Source: Candidatus Sumerlaeota bacterium (lineage in GTDB: Bacteria; Sumerlaeota; Sumerlaeia; UBA8349). From it: a DNA stretch of 33,147 nucleotides. The notes under the pieces were generated by a model. It did not search any database. It was not told where the DNA came from and saw nothing but the letters and a program-made list of their open reading frames with translations. Positions 17,096 to 25,653 of this stretch are shown here, one piece after another; position 1 is the first letter of the stretch; each line of letters starts with the position of its first letter. A program made the translations under genes and the position numbers. Location: positions 1 to 33,147 of the forward strand of contig DAOPYU010000001.1 of assembly GCA_035353095.1 (NCBI GenBank), given 5' to 3'.

Positions 17096-20000
17096 ATGAC
17101 TTTGAAGAGTGTCTCTACACATTTTCTGGTGGCTGTTTGTGTTGTCATCGTTCTGGCTGCCAGTACACGATCCAATGTCCGCGCCGGTGAGGTTCCCGAA
17201 CGCGAGAAGGCGTTGATTGAAACGCTCAAGGGGAACGCTTCGTTCCAGGAGAAAGACAAGGCGTGTCGTGAACTCCAGATTATCGGGACGCAGGCGTCTG
17301 TACCGGCCCTGGCGGCTCTGTTGACGGATGCGAAACTCTCCCACAGCGCTCGCTGCGTGCTTGAACCGATGCCTTACCCGGAAGCGACTCAGGCGCTTCG
17401 CGACGCGCTTCCCAAAACCTCCGGGGAGATCCGAAATGGTCTCATCAACACCTTGGGTATCCGGGGGGATCAGGCGGCCGTCGGCGATCTGGTCAACCTG
17501 CTTGAGAGTTTGCGCAAAGAGCCCGTGGAGCGGTACATGGAGCGTTCGGTCACCGAAGCGTTTGAGTCGGTTGCCGGGGCGCTCGGGCGGATTGCGTCTC
17601 CCGAGGCGGCAAAGGCGCTGGAACAGTTCCGGTCGAATTGTCCCGAGTGTCTGTATCCGGTGGCCGGCGAGGCCTCGCTGGTTCTGGCCCGGAGGTTGGT
17701 GCGTCAGGAGAAATCGGCGGAGGCGGCGGGGGTGTATGAGGCGTTGCAGGACAAAAAATGGTCCAGTCAGGTGCGGCTGGGCGCTTTTGCCGGACTTCTG
17801 AAGGCGCAGCCGTCTCAGGCCACGGATCGGATTCTGAAGGCGATCGAAGGGGAGGACCCGACGATTCGCTCGGTTGCGATTGCGAATATCGCGTCGCTCA
17901 AGGATCAGGGAATCGTTTCGAAATTGGCTTCGGTCTTCCCAAAAGCCTCTCCGGAGGTCCAGGTCCAGTTGGTCAGCGCGCTGACCGATTGTGGGGACGC
18001 GGCAGCCCTGCCGGTCTTGACGCAGGCGCTGGCGGGTTCGAGTCCGGACGTGCAGTCTGTGGCGGCTCGCGCGTTGGGAAAGATCGGCAACGCGTCGTGT
18101 GTGGAAGCGTTGAGTCGGGCGGTGGCGGAGGGAGGTAACGATACGGTCAAGCAGGAAGCGGTAGGCAGTCTGGAGCGCCTGCGGGGGGACGGGGTGAATG
18201 CGGCGTTGCTGGCGAGTCTGAAGTCGGCGCCGCCGGACGCGCGGGTCAAACTGATCGGGGTTCTGACCACGCGTCAGGCTTCCGATTCCGTGGAAGGCTT
18301 GTTGGCGGAAGCGAAAGGGCCGGATGCGCGGGTGCGTTCTGCCGCGTTCAAGGCGATCGGGGCGCTGGGGACACCGGCTCATCTTCCGGCCTTGCTTTCC
18401 CTTCTGATTGATTTGAAGGGCGGCGCCTCCAGCGCCGAGGCGGAGCGTGCGGTGGCGGCTTTGTCGCGTAAGATTGCGGACGAAGGTGCGCGCGCGGATG
18501 GCGTGCTCGAAGCGTTGAAAGGGGCCGGTGACGCGTCGGTCAAGGGATCTTTGCTTCGGACCCTCGGGGGGATCGCCAACGCAAAGGCCTTTGAGGCCGT
18601 GCGGCCGGCGGCGGGGGATTCGGACCCGGTCGTGCAGGAAACGGCCTTGTTTGTACTTGCCGATTGGCCGAACGCGCAGGCGTTGGACACGCTCCTGGAA
18701 AAATACCGGAAGACGGAGGATCCGAAGCATCGAGTGGTCCTGTTACGCGGGTGTGTGCGCCTGTTGCGCCAGAACCAGGGGGCGCTGGCCACCTATCGCG
18801 AATTACTCGGTTCCACGACGCGTCCGGAAGACAAAACGCTCCTTCTGTCCGGTCTGGCGGATTCCCTGAATCCCGAGGCTTTGAAGGTGATCGAACCGTG
18901 TCTGAAGGAAGAGGCGGTTGGAGCGGAAGCGGAACAGGCGTACCTGAAGGTGGCGCTGGCGCAGGTGGGGTTGGCGCCGGATGCGGCTCGGGAGGCCGGG
19001 AGCCGACTGGCGGCGGAATCGAAGAATGAAGCCGTTCGTAAACAGGCCGCAGAAATCGTCGAGCGCGTTGGGAAACTGGAAGACTATCTGGTCGGGTGGC
19101 AGGTGGCCGGACCTTTTACAAAAGAGGGACAGACAGGCGAGGCGTTGTTCGGCATGGCCTTCCCGCCCGAGACAAAAGATGCTGTGCAACAGGGATGGGG
19201 GTATCTGGCGGTGGCCAACCGGCCGGAGACGTCGGTCTGGATGCTCAATCTGGGAGCCGATGAAAAATTCAGTGGCGACAATCGTGCCGCGTATGTCCGG
19301 ACGTGGATTCTCAGTCCGAAGGCGCAGGACGCCGTGCTGGAACTGGGCGCGGACGATTCCCTCAAGGTGTGGTGGAACGATGCGCCGGTTTATGAGAACA
19401 AGGCGCCGGGCGCGGCGAAAGCGGGGGAGGATCGGGTAAAAGTTTCCTTGAAAGAAGGCTGGAACTCGGTCATGCTCAAGGTGGTACAAAACACCGGGCC
19501 GTGGGAGTTCTGTGCGCGGTTGAGAACGCCGTCGGGAGACCGTCTCGAGGGACTCCGGGTGGATGCGACGCACGAAAGTGTTCCGCAGGGAAAGGGACCG
19601 TCTGCGGTTTCAGAACCGAAAGAAAAAGTCTCCGATTCCGCCGGACCGGACGCGAAGTGGGAACCACTGTTCAACGGCAAAGACCTGACCGGCTGGAAGC
19701 GCATCGGCGAGGGGGGCGAGTACTCGGTCGAGGAGGGGTGTCTGGTCGGAACCCAGACGAATGGCAAGGGGGGCGACCTGGTCACCGAACGCGATTTCGC
19801 CGACTTCGAACTGCGGGTGACGTACCGGGTGGTGTGGCCGGCCAACAGCGGTTTCTGGTTCCGTTACGACGGCCAGAAAGGTTATCAGTTTGATGTGTTG
19901 AAATACAAGGACCCGCTGGCGTATAGTGGCACCCTGTATTGTACGGAAAAGATGTTCATCACATCGAACCTGAATGAGGCGTTGGAGAATCTAGACGGAT

Positions 20001-20191
20001 GGAATGAGGCGCGGGTTCTGGCCCGGGGGGACGCGATCCAGATGTGGCTCAATGGCACGAAGGTGAGCGATTGCCGGGACAGCCTCTACAAGAAGGGGAA
20101 AATCGGCCTTCAGGTCCATCCGGGGGACGATCACAAGGGGATGAAGATCATCATCCAGAAAATGGAGATTCGGGATCTGGGAGGGCTGTAA
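17096..20191 (+). CDS. secreted multidomain protein: HEAT repeats (copy 2), a beta-sandwich domain, and a C-terminal DUF1080 / 3-keto-disaccharide-hydrolase-like domain
   Basis: Signal-like N-terminus (HFLVAVCVVIVLAAS). HEAT units span roughly aa 40-650. A W.VAGPF...VWWNDAPVYEN...LKEGWNSVMLKV beta-sandwich-type segment follows. C-terminal WEPLFNGKDLTGWKRIG...DFELRVTYRV..ANSGFWFR...GYQFDVL...GKIGLQVHPG matches the DUF1080 pattern. Confidence 0.8.
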   Translation: MTLKSVSTHFLVAVCVVIVLAASTRSNVRAGEVPEREKALIETLKGNASFQEKDKACRELQIIGTQASVPALAALLTDAKLSHSARCVLEPMPYPEATQALRDALPKTSGEIRNGLINTLGIRGDQAAVGDLVNLLESLRKEPVERYMERSVTEAFESVAGALGRIASPEAAKALEQFRSNCPECLYPVAGEASLVLARRLVRQEKSAEAAGVYEALQDKKWSSQVRLGAFAGLLKAQPSQATDRILKAIEGEDPTIRSVAIANIASLKDQGIVSKLASVFPKASPEVQVQLVSALTDCGDAAALPVLTQALAGSSPDVQSVAARALGKIGNASCVEALSRAVAEGGNDTVKQEAVGSLERLRGDGVNAALLASLKSAPPDARVKLIGVLTTRQASDSVEGLLAEAKGPDARVRSAAFKAIGALGTPAHLPALLSLLIDLKGGASSAEAERAVAALSRKIADEGARADGVLEALKGAGDASVKGSLLRTLGGIANAKAFEAVRPAAGDSDPVVQETALFVLADWPNAQALDTLLEKYRKTEDPKHRVVLLRGCVRLLRQNQGALATYRELLGSTTRPEDKTLLLSGLADSLNPEALKVIEPCLKEEAVGAEAEQAYLKVALAQVGLAPDAAREAGSRLAAESKNEAVRKQAAEIVERVGKLEDYLVGWQVAGPFTKEGQTGEALFGMAFPPETKDAVQQGWGYLAVANRPETSVWMLNLGADEKFSGDNRAAYVRTWILSPKAQDAVLELGADDSLKVWWNDAPVYENKAPGAAKAGEDRVKVSLKEGWNSVMLKVVQNTGPWEFCARLRTPSGDRLEGLRVDATHESVPQGKGPSAVSEPKEKVSDSAGPDAKWEPLFNGKDLTGWKRIGEGGEYSVEEGCLVGTQTNGKGGDLVTERDFADFELRVTYRVVWPANSGFWFRYDGQKGYQFDVLKYKDPLAYSGTLYCTEKMFITSNLNEALENLDGWNEARVLARGDAIQMWLNGTKVSDCRDSLYKKGKIGLQVHPGDDHKGMKIIIQKMEIRDLGGL

Positions 20192-20268
20192 AATCGGGTA
20201 ACTCCTCCGGGTGTTTCGCCGGTGGCGGGCGCCGGTTATTATGATTGTCAGTGAAAAGAGGATGAAAA

Positions 20269-21486
20269 ATGAACGCAAAGGCAATAGCGGAAAAAGCGAT
20301 GGATCAGGGCAAGGGCATTGTCCGCCTGACCCCCACCTGGGTACCTCGGGTATTCTGTATCCCCGGGCGGCGCATCAAACTGCACCCGAACGATTATTAC
20401 GCCCTGGGAGCGGTCCGGGGGGGCATTGACGAGCGCTGGTTTTCTTCGACCACTCCCGCCGATAACGGTCCCCTCACGAGCAAGAACGAGGGGTTGAGCC
20501 ATATTGTGGTCGAGGACGGCGGCCAGACGGAGACCGTGCTTCTGCGCGACGCCGTGGGTGAGTTGCAGGGACAGTTGATCGGGAAACTCTGGGACCAGTG
20601 CCATTGCTGGCCGATGTATTCGAAGTTTTTCGATAACAAGGGGGCCTTGCCCTTCCACATCCATCACGACGACGCTCATGCCGCGCGGGTGGGAGCGAAA
20701 GGGAAACCGGAAGCGTATTACTTCGCGCCGCAGGTCAACAACCACGGAGGGGACTTCCCCTACACGTTCTTCGGTTTCCAGCCCGGCGTGACCAGGGAGC
20801 AGGTGCGCGAAGCGCTGGTGCGTTTTACCGAGGGGGAGAACTACATCACCGATCTGTCCGCCGCGTATGTCCTGCGGCCGGGCACCGGGTGGAACGTGCC
20901 GCCCGGCGTGCTGCACGCCCCCGGCAGCCTCTGTACCTACGAACCGCAGAAGGCCTCCGACGTGTTTGCCATGTATGAGTCGGTGGTTCACGATGCCGTC
21001 ATCCCGAGCGAACTCCTCTGGAAGGATTGTCCGCCGGAAGAGAAGGGCAATTTCGATTACCTGATCGACGTGATTGATTGGGAACAGAACACGGACCCGA
21101 TGTTTGCCCAGAAGCACTTCATGGCGCCGATTCCGGTACGGCCGCTCGAGGAAATGCGCGCCGAGGGGTACGAGGAGCACTGGATCTGCTATCTGTCCGA
21201 CGACTTCAGCGCCAAGCAGCTCACGATTCTTCCCAACAAGACCGTGACGATTCACGATGGCGGAGCGTACGGGATGTACATGGTCCAGGGCAACGGCCAG
21301 ATGGGCGTGTGGGCGATCGAGACGCCGACCCTGATCCGGTATGGCCAGATGACGCGCGATGAATTTTTCGTTTCCGAAGCCGCCGCGAAGGAAGGGGTCC
21401 GGATCACGAACCCCAGCCGGACCGATCCGATCGTGATGCTGAAGCATTTTGGCCCGGGCGCTCATGACAACATGCCCAAACGCTGA
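20269..21486 (+). CDS. cupin protein resembling class I mannose-6-phosphate isomerase (PMI-like)
   Basis: [17 protein letters not shown]...GKPEAYYF and [11 protein letters not shown] resemble the PMI type I metal-binding blocks (xQVHPDD / GKxExW / HAxG). At 405 aa it is longer than typical class I PMIs. AAGAGGA RBS. Confidence 0.5.
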   Translation: MNAKAIAEKAMDQGKGIVRLTPTWVPRVFCIPGRRIKLHPNDYYALGAVRGGIDERWFSSTTPADNGPLTSKNEGLSHIVVEDGGQTETVLLRDAVGELQGQLIGKLWDQCHCWPMYSKFFDNKGALPFHIHHDDAHAARVGAKGKPEAYYFAPQVNNHGGDFPYTFFGFQPGVTREQVREALVRFTEGENYITDLSAAYVLRPGTGWNVPPGVLHAPGSLCTYEPQKASDVFAMYESVVHDAVIPSELLWKDCPPEEKGNFDYLIDVIDWEQNTDPMFAQKHFMAPIPVRPLEEMRAEGYEEHWICYLSDDFSAKQLTILPNKTVTIHDGGAYGMYMVQGNGQMGVWAIETPTLIRYGQMTRDEFFVSEAAAKEGVRITNPSRTDPIVMLKHFGPGAHDNMPKR

Positions 21487-21495
21487 GAATTCCGT

Positions 21496-21527
21496 CTCCG
21501 GCGCCGGTCAGAGAATCGGCGCCGGAG
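21496..21527 (+). other. perfect 11-bp GC-rich hairpin in the 71-nt gap between the PMI-like and TIM-barrel genes
   Basis: CTCCGGCGCCG (21496-21506) / CGGCGCCGGAG (21517-21527) with a 10-nt loop and no U-tract downstream. Confidence 0.4.
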
Positions 21528-21557
21528 GCTTGCCGGGAAAGGGAAAGGAAAAAACTC

Positions 21558-22607
21558 ATGGCAGCGCACGTGAATACGTTTCCGAAATTGCACAATGCGA
21601 TGTGGCCCGGTGTGGTGGGGAAAGGCGAGGGGGGAGAGCCGCCGATCGGCCTCGAAACCATGCTCGATCTGACCGCCGCCGCCGAGGTGGTCGGGGTCAA
21701 GTTTGACGGGGTGGATCTGTTCCTTTGCGATCCCCATGTGAGCATTGATTCAACGGACGCCGACCTCGAACGACTGGCCGAGAGAGTCCGGTCCCGGAAT
21801 CTCAAGATCGGTTCGCTGGTGGCGCCGGTCTGGGGGGGGACGGGCGGCGGTTCGGCTATGGGGGATGTGGAGGAGCAGGGGCGCTTCCTCACCCAGGTGA
21901 CGAAGGCGTGCAAGATTGGCAAGAAACTGCGGGAGATGGGGATTCGGCCCTACGGCTTGATTCGCATTGATTCGGCGGTGGACCCGGCTTCCTGGGCGGC
22001 CGACCCGGAAGGAAATCAGAAGAAGATCGCCGCGACGTTCAGTAAGGCGTGCGATATTGCCGACTTGTACGAGGAACGGCTGGCGGCCGAGGGGGAAATC
22101 TGCTGGGGCGGCATGCACAGCTGGAAGCGGATGGTCCAACTGCTCGAACTGGTCAATCGGCCCCAGACGTTGGGTTTTCAGGCCGACATGGCCCACACGC
22201 TTCTCTACCTGCTCGGGTACAACGCCCCCGAGGACGCCCTGTTGCCGGAAGGCTTTGCGTGGGACAATGAGGAGGTCTTCCTGGCCGCCTATGAAAAATT
22301 GACATCGGTACTCCGTTCCTGGACGAACGATTTGCACATTGCGCAGAACGACGCAACGGTCAAGGGCGCCGGTTCGCACGACAAGACCGGACGCCATTGT
22401 CTGCCGGACGATCCGAACGGGAAACTCGACATCCCGCGGCTGGCCGGGTACTGGCTGCGTTCCAACGGGCAGGTGACGCGCCGGATGCGCCACATCTGCT
22501 GGGACGGATGTATGTTTTCGAACGAAACCTTGATGAAACCGCAGACGTGGAATGCTATTCTCTCCGCCATGCTCGCGGTGCGCGATGCGCACGGCTGGCA
22601 GGAATAG
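21558..22607 (+). CDS. xylose-isomerase-like TIM-barrel protein (sugar phosphate isomerase/epimerase superfamily)
   Basis: 349 aa. Alternating beta/alpha pattern with [46 protein letters not shown] and DLHIAQND blocks consistent with an AP_endonuc_2-type barrel. Assignment is by overall pattern, not exact motif recall. Confidence 0.55.
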   Translation: MAAHVNTFPKLHNAMWPGVVGKGEGGEPPIGLETMLDLTAAAEVVGVKFDGVDLFLCDPHVSIDSTDADLERLAERVRSRNLKIGSLVAPVWGGTGGGSAMGDVEEQGRFLTQVTKACKIGKKLREMGIRPYGLIRIDSAVDPASWAADPEGNQKKIAATFSKACDIADLYEERLAAEGEICWGGMHSWKRMVQLLELVNRPQTLGFQADMAHTLLYLLGYNAPEDALLPEGFAWDNEEVFLAAYEKLTSVLRSWTNDLHIAQNDATVKGAGSHDKTGRHCLPDDPNGKLDIPRLAGYWLRSNGQVTRRMRHICWDGCMFSNETLMKPQTWNAILSAMLAVRDAHGWQE

Positions 22608-22670
22608 CCGCACAGGGGTGCGTAGAATCGGGGAGAATCCGGCATGTTCAAAGGGCAAGGAAAAGGGTCT

Positions 22671-23378
22671 ATGAGGAGTTTCTGTATTTGGGGGGTCTTG
22701 GGAGTGTTGTTGTCCGGTTTGGCGGGGTGCCAGAGTTGGCAGGTGCCATCCGAGGAACTCGTCATGTATGGCGGTCAGAGGAAAACGCCCGAGCAACATG
22801 CCGCTGACACCAAGTTCTATCAGCAAATGGTCCAGCAGTTCGCGACTCCCCAGAAGGCCAGCAATGTCTGTGCGGAACGGGGATGGCGCTCTTTTTATGC
22901 GGGAGAATTGACGTCGGCCATGAAGAGTTTCAATCAGGCCTGGTTGCTCGATCAGGGTAACCCGCAGGCGTACTGGGGGTTCGGAGCCGTCTCGCTCAAA
23001 CAGGGCGATTATCGAAAGGGATTGGATATGCTGGCCAAGGCTTACAATCTCGACCCGAACAATCCCCGGATCGTTTCCGAACTGGCCTACGCCTACGCGT
23101 TGAACGGGCGAGGATACCTTTCCTACAAAAACGAGGATGACGCGATGTATCTGCGGCTGGCGGAGGAATACTTCCGCAAGGCCAGCCGGTTGGATCCGAC
23201 GTACCCGCTGCTCTATTCGCAATGGGCGGAAGCGCGTTATTACGAGCGCGACTGGGCGGGGGCGTGGGAGCGGGTCATGAAGGCCGGCGCCTTGGGCGGA
23301 GAAGGAACGGTTCACCCGGAACTGGTCGAAAAACTTTCCGAAAAAATGCCCTGTCCCTACGCGCCCCAGGGAAAATGA
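22671..23378 (+). CDS. TPR-repeat lipoprotein
   Basis: [20 protein letters not shown] carries a lipobox (LAGC). TPR-like helices ([36 protein letters not shown]). An alternative upstream ATG lies at 22644. Its stop overlaps the upstream-most candidate ATG of the next gene (ATGA at 23375-23378). Confidence 0.65.
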   Translation: MRSFCIWGVLGVLLSGLAGCQSWQVPSEELVMYGGQRKTPEQHAADTKFYQQMVQQFATPQKASNVCAERGWRSFYAGELTSAMKSFNQAWLLDQGNPQAYWGFGAVSLKQGDYRKGLDMLAKAYNLDPNNPRIVSELAYAYALNGRGYLSYKNEDDAMYLRLAEEYFRKASRLDPTYPLLYSQWAEARYYERDWAGAWERVMKAGALGGEGTVHPELVEKLSEKMPCPYAPQGK

Positions 23379-23410
23379 CGCAAAAATTTACCGATTCGAA
23401 AGGTCAGGAG

Positions 23411-24556
23411 ATGGCGATGCGACAGTTGAATATTGGAATGATCGGGTATGGTTTCATGGGCCGCGCGCATACCAATGCCTATAAGCGCGTGGCGGATTTC
23501 TTCCCGGAAGTAGAGTGCCGGCCTGTCCTGAAAGCGGCATGCGCCCGCAATGCTGAAAAGATTCAGGCTTTTGCCGACCAGTGGGGCTATGAATCGGTTG
23601 AGACCGACTGGCGTAAACTCGTCGAGCGCGCGGACATTGATGCCATTGACATCTGTGTCCCCAATAATCTCCACAAGGAGATCGCTTTGGCGGCGGCCCG
23701 CAATGGCAAGATGATTCTCTGTGAAAAACCGCTCGCCCTGAACGTGGCCGAGGGGGAGGAGATGGTCGCGGCCATCGAGAAGGCCGGAGTCCCGAACATG
23801 GTCTGGTACAACTACCGCCGCGTGCCCGCGGTCTCGCTGGCCAAGGCGATCATTGACGAGGGCAAACTGGGGCGGATTTATCACTACCGCGCCAACTTCC
23901 TCCAGGACTGGACGATCTCGCCCGACGTGCCCCAGGGCGGGGGCGGAACGTGGCGGCTGGACGCGGCGGCGGCCGGATCGGGCGTGACGGGCGACCTGCT
24001 CGCGCACTGTATTGATACGGCGCTCTGGCTCAATGGAAGCATCACCAACGTCAGCGCCATGACCGAGACGTTTGTCAAGCAGCGTGTCCATGCTGAAACC
24101 GGCGCCCTGCAGCCCGTTTCGATTGACGACGCCTGCGCCTTCCTCTGCCATTTCGGAAATGGATCGCTGGGACTCTTCGAGTCCACTCGATACGCGCGCG
24201 GACACAAGGCGCTTTACACCCTCGAGATCAATGGCGAGTTCGCCTCCATCCGGTGGGATCTGTCCGATCTGCATCGCCTGGAATACTTTGACCACCGGGA
24301 CGAAGGAAAATTGCGCGGCTGGCGTTCGATCCACGTCAGCGATCATGGCGGCGCGCATCCCTATATGGATAAATGGTGGGTGCCGGGTCTTCAGATTGGT
24401 TACGAGCACAGTTTCGTCCACCAGGTGGCGGATTTCCTCATGTCCCTGAAAAAGGGCGAACTGTGCGCCCCCACGTTCCGGGATGCTCTCGAGACCCAGA
24501 AAGTCTGCGAAGCGGTCCTGAACAGCGCCGCAAAGCGGAGTTGGGTGGGGGTCTGA
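23411..24556 (+). CDS. Gfo/Idh/MocA-family oxidoreductase, cytoplasmic (no signal peptide), copy 3
   Basis: [19 protein letters not shown] Rossmann N-terminus, CVPNNLH and CEKPLA motifs. Start is ambiguous (ATG 23375, 23411 or 23417). The long N-terminal extension in ORF 23222..24556 overlaps the TPR gene and is not coding. Confidence 0.85.
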   Translation: MAMRQLNIGMIGYGFMGRAHTNAYKRVADFFPEVECRPVLKAACARNAEKIQAFADQWGYESVETDWRKLVERADIDAIDICVPNNLHKEIALAAARNGKMILCEKPLALNVAEGEEMVAAIEKAGVPNMVWYNYRRVPAVSLAKAIIDEGKLGRIYHYRANFLQDWTISPDVPQGGGGTWRLDAAAAGSGVTGDLLAHCIDTALWLNGSITNVSAMTETFVKQRVHAETGALQPVSIDDACAFLCHFGNGSLGLFESTRYARGHKALYTLEINGEFASIRWDLSDLHRLEYFDHRDEGKLRGWRSIHVSDHGGAHPYMDKWWVPGLQIGYEHSFVHQVADFLMSLKKGELCAPTFRDALETQKVCEAVLNSAAKRSWVGV

Positions 24557-24608
24557 GAGGTTCGATTTCCAGGGGCGGTAGGGAGAAATCAGCGGAAAGG
24601 AGATGCCC

Positions 24609-25466
24609 ATGCAATACGGTATCAATCTGCTTCTCTGGGCCGATACGCTCAGCGACAGCCTGTTGCCTTTGCTCGATGACATCAAATCTATCGGGTACGA
24701 TGCGGTCGAATTGCCGATCTTCGAATTTGATGTGGAGAAGTATGCCGCCTGGGGACGCCATCTCGACAATGCCGGTCTGGCGCGCAGCGCCGTGACGGTT
24801 CGGGGGGCCGTGGACAATCCGATCAGTCCGGACCCGGCCGTTCGGGCTCTTTCCATCGAGAACAACAAGCGGGCCTTGGAGTGCGCGCAAGCGGCCGGAT
24901 GCCGTTGCCTGATCGGTCCGATGCACTCCGGTCTGGGGGTGTTCTCGGGCGCCGGACCCACGGCGGACGAGTGGAAATGGGGGGTGGAGAGTCTGCGCCC
25001 CGTGGCCGAGTACGCCGAAACGTGCGGCGTGACGCTGGCCCTCGAGCCGATCAACCGGTTCGAGTGTTATTTCATCACCACCGCTTCCGACGTGGCGCGG
25101 TTTTGTCGCGAGGTGAACCACCCGCGCTGTCGGGCGATGCTCGATTCGTTCCACTCCCACATCGAAGAGAAAGACCCCGCCGCGGCCATCCGCTCGATGA
25201 AGGGGCTGTTACAGCACATGCACATTTCCGAAAACGACCGCAGCACGCCGGGTTCCGGCAACGTGCGGTGGACGGAAACCTTCGATGCGCTGGCTGAGAT
25301 CGGTTATGACAACATGCTGGTCATTGAGGCGTTCGGATTGTTGCTCGAAAAACTGGTCCCGACGGTCCGGATCTGGCGGCGGATGTACGACTCGGAAAAA
25401 CAACTGGCCACCGATGGGTTGCGTTTCATGAAAGAACAGGTCGAGAAACGGCGGCAGACCTGCTGA
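24609..25466 (+). CDS. ketose 3-epimerase-like xylose-isomerase-fold TIM barrel (D-psicose/D-tagatose 3-epimerase family-like)
   Basis: MQYGINLLLW..., LEPINRFECYF, MLDSFHSHIEE, HMHISENDRSTPGSG and LVIEAF parallel the DTEase/DPEase blocks (E..NRFE, DTFHMNIEE, H..E.NR..PG.G, .ME.F). The AAAGGAG RBS is best spaced for ATG 24609 (the track starts at 24603). Confidence 0.75.
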   Translation: MQYGINLLLWADTLSDSLLPLLDDIKSIGYDAVELPIFEFDVEKYAAWGRHLDNAGLARSAVTVRGAVDNPISPDPAVRALSIENNKRALECAQAAGCRCLIGPMHSGLGVFSGAGPTADEWKWGVESLRPVAEYAETCGVTLALEPINRFECYFITTASDVARFCREVNHPRCRAMLDSFHSHIEEKDPAAAIRSMKGLLQHMHISENDRSTPGSGNVRWTETFDALAEIGYDNMLVIEAFGLLLEKLVPTVRIWRRMYDSEKQLATDGLRFMKEQVEKRRQTC

Positions 25467-25488
25467 TTCGACTCCTGAAGAGATCCCG

Positions 25489-25530
25489 GAACTCCCCGGT
25501 TCGCAGGTATGGGCCGGGGAGTTCTCTTTT
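25489..25530 (+). terminator. intrinsic terminator downstream of the epimerase-like gene
   Basis: GAACTCCCCGG (25489-25499) / CCGGGGAGTTC (25514-25524), 14-nt loop, then TCTTTT. Confidence 0.7.
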
Positions 25531-25557
25531 CAACGGCTTGGAGACATACGCTTCTCC

Positions 25558-25586
25558 TTGACTTTCGTGAAAGTTTCGTCTAAAAT
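25558..25586 (+). promoter_or_regulatory. candidate lexA promoter with an embedded palindrome (putative operator)
   Basis: TTGACT (25558-25563), 17-nt spacer, TAAAAT (25581-25586). ACTTTC-GT-GAAAGT (25561-25574) overlaps the -35 element and spacer. A second palindrome GAATC-C-GATTC lies at 25618-25628. Confidence 0.45.
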
Positions 25587-25653
25587 CTTCGCGTTGAATG
25601 GATGGACGGGGAGAAGAGAATCCGATTCTGCGATTCGGGCGGAGGGGTGTTCG

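Noticed and set aside
16244-18730. 828-aa minus-strand ORF antisense to oxidoreductase copy 2 and the HEAT/DUF1080 gene
   Set aside because: Extreme Arg/Pro/Gln/His bias with no motifs. The sense strand has clear Gfo/Idh/MocA and HEAT signatures. Shadow ORF.
20248-21465. 405-aa minus-strand ORF that mirrors the 405-aa plus-strand PMI-like ORF almost exactly
   Set aside because: Both cannot be real. The plus-strand product has cupin/PMI-like metal-binding blocks, a good RBS and normal composition. The minus-strand product is Arg/His/Pro-rich.
21750-25160. Long minus-strand ORFs 21750..23315 (521 aa), 23357..25054 (565 aa) and 24438..25160 (240 aa)
   Set aside because: They are antisense to the TIM-barrel, TPR, oxidoreductase and epimerase-like genes, which all carry family motifs. 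Their composition is Arg/Pro/His-biased.
8059-25466. Accessory sugar island considered as a mobile element or prophage
   Set aside because: The window has no integrase, transposase, tRNA attachment site or flanking direct repeats. Composition is only mildly lower in the cupin and SBBP genes.
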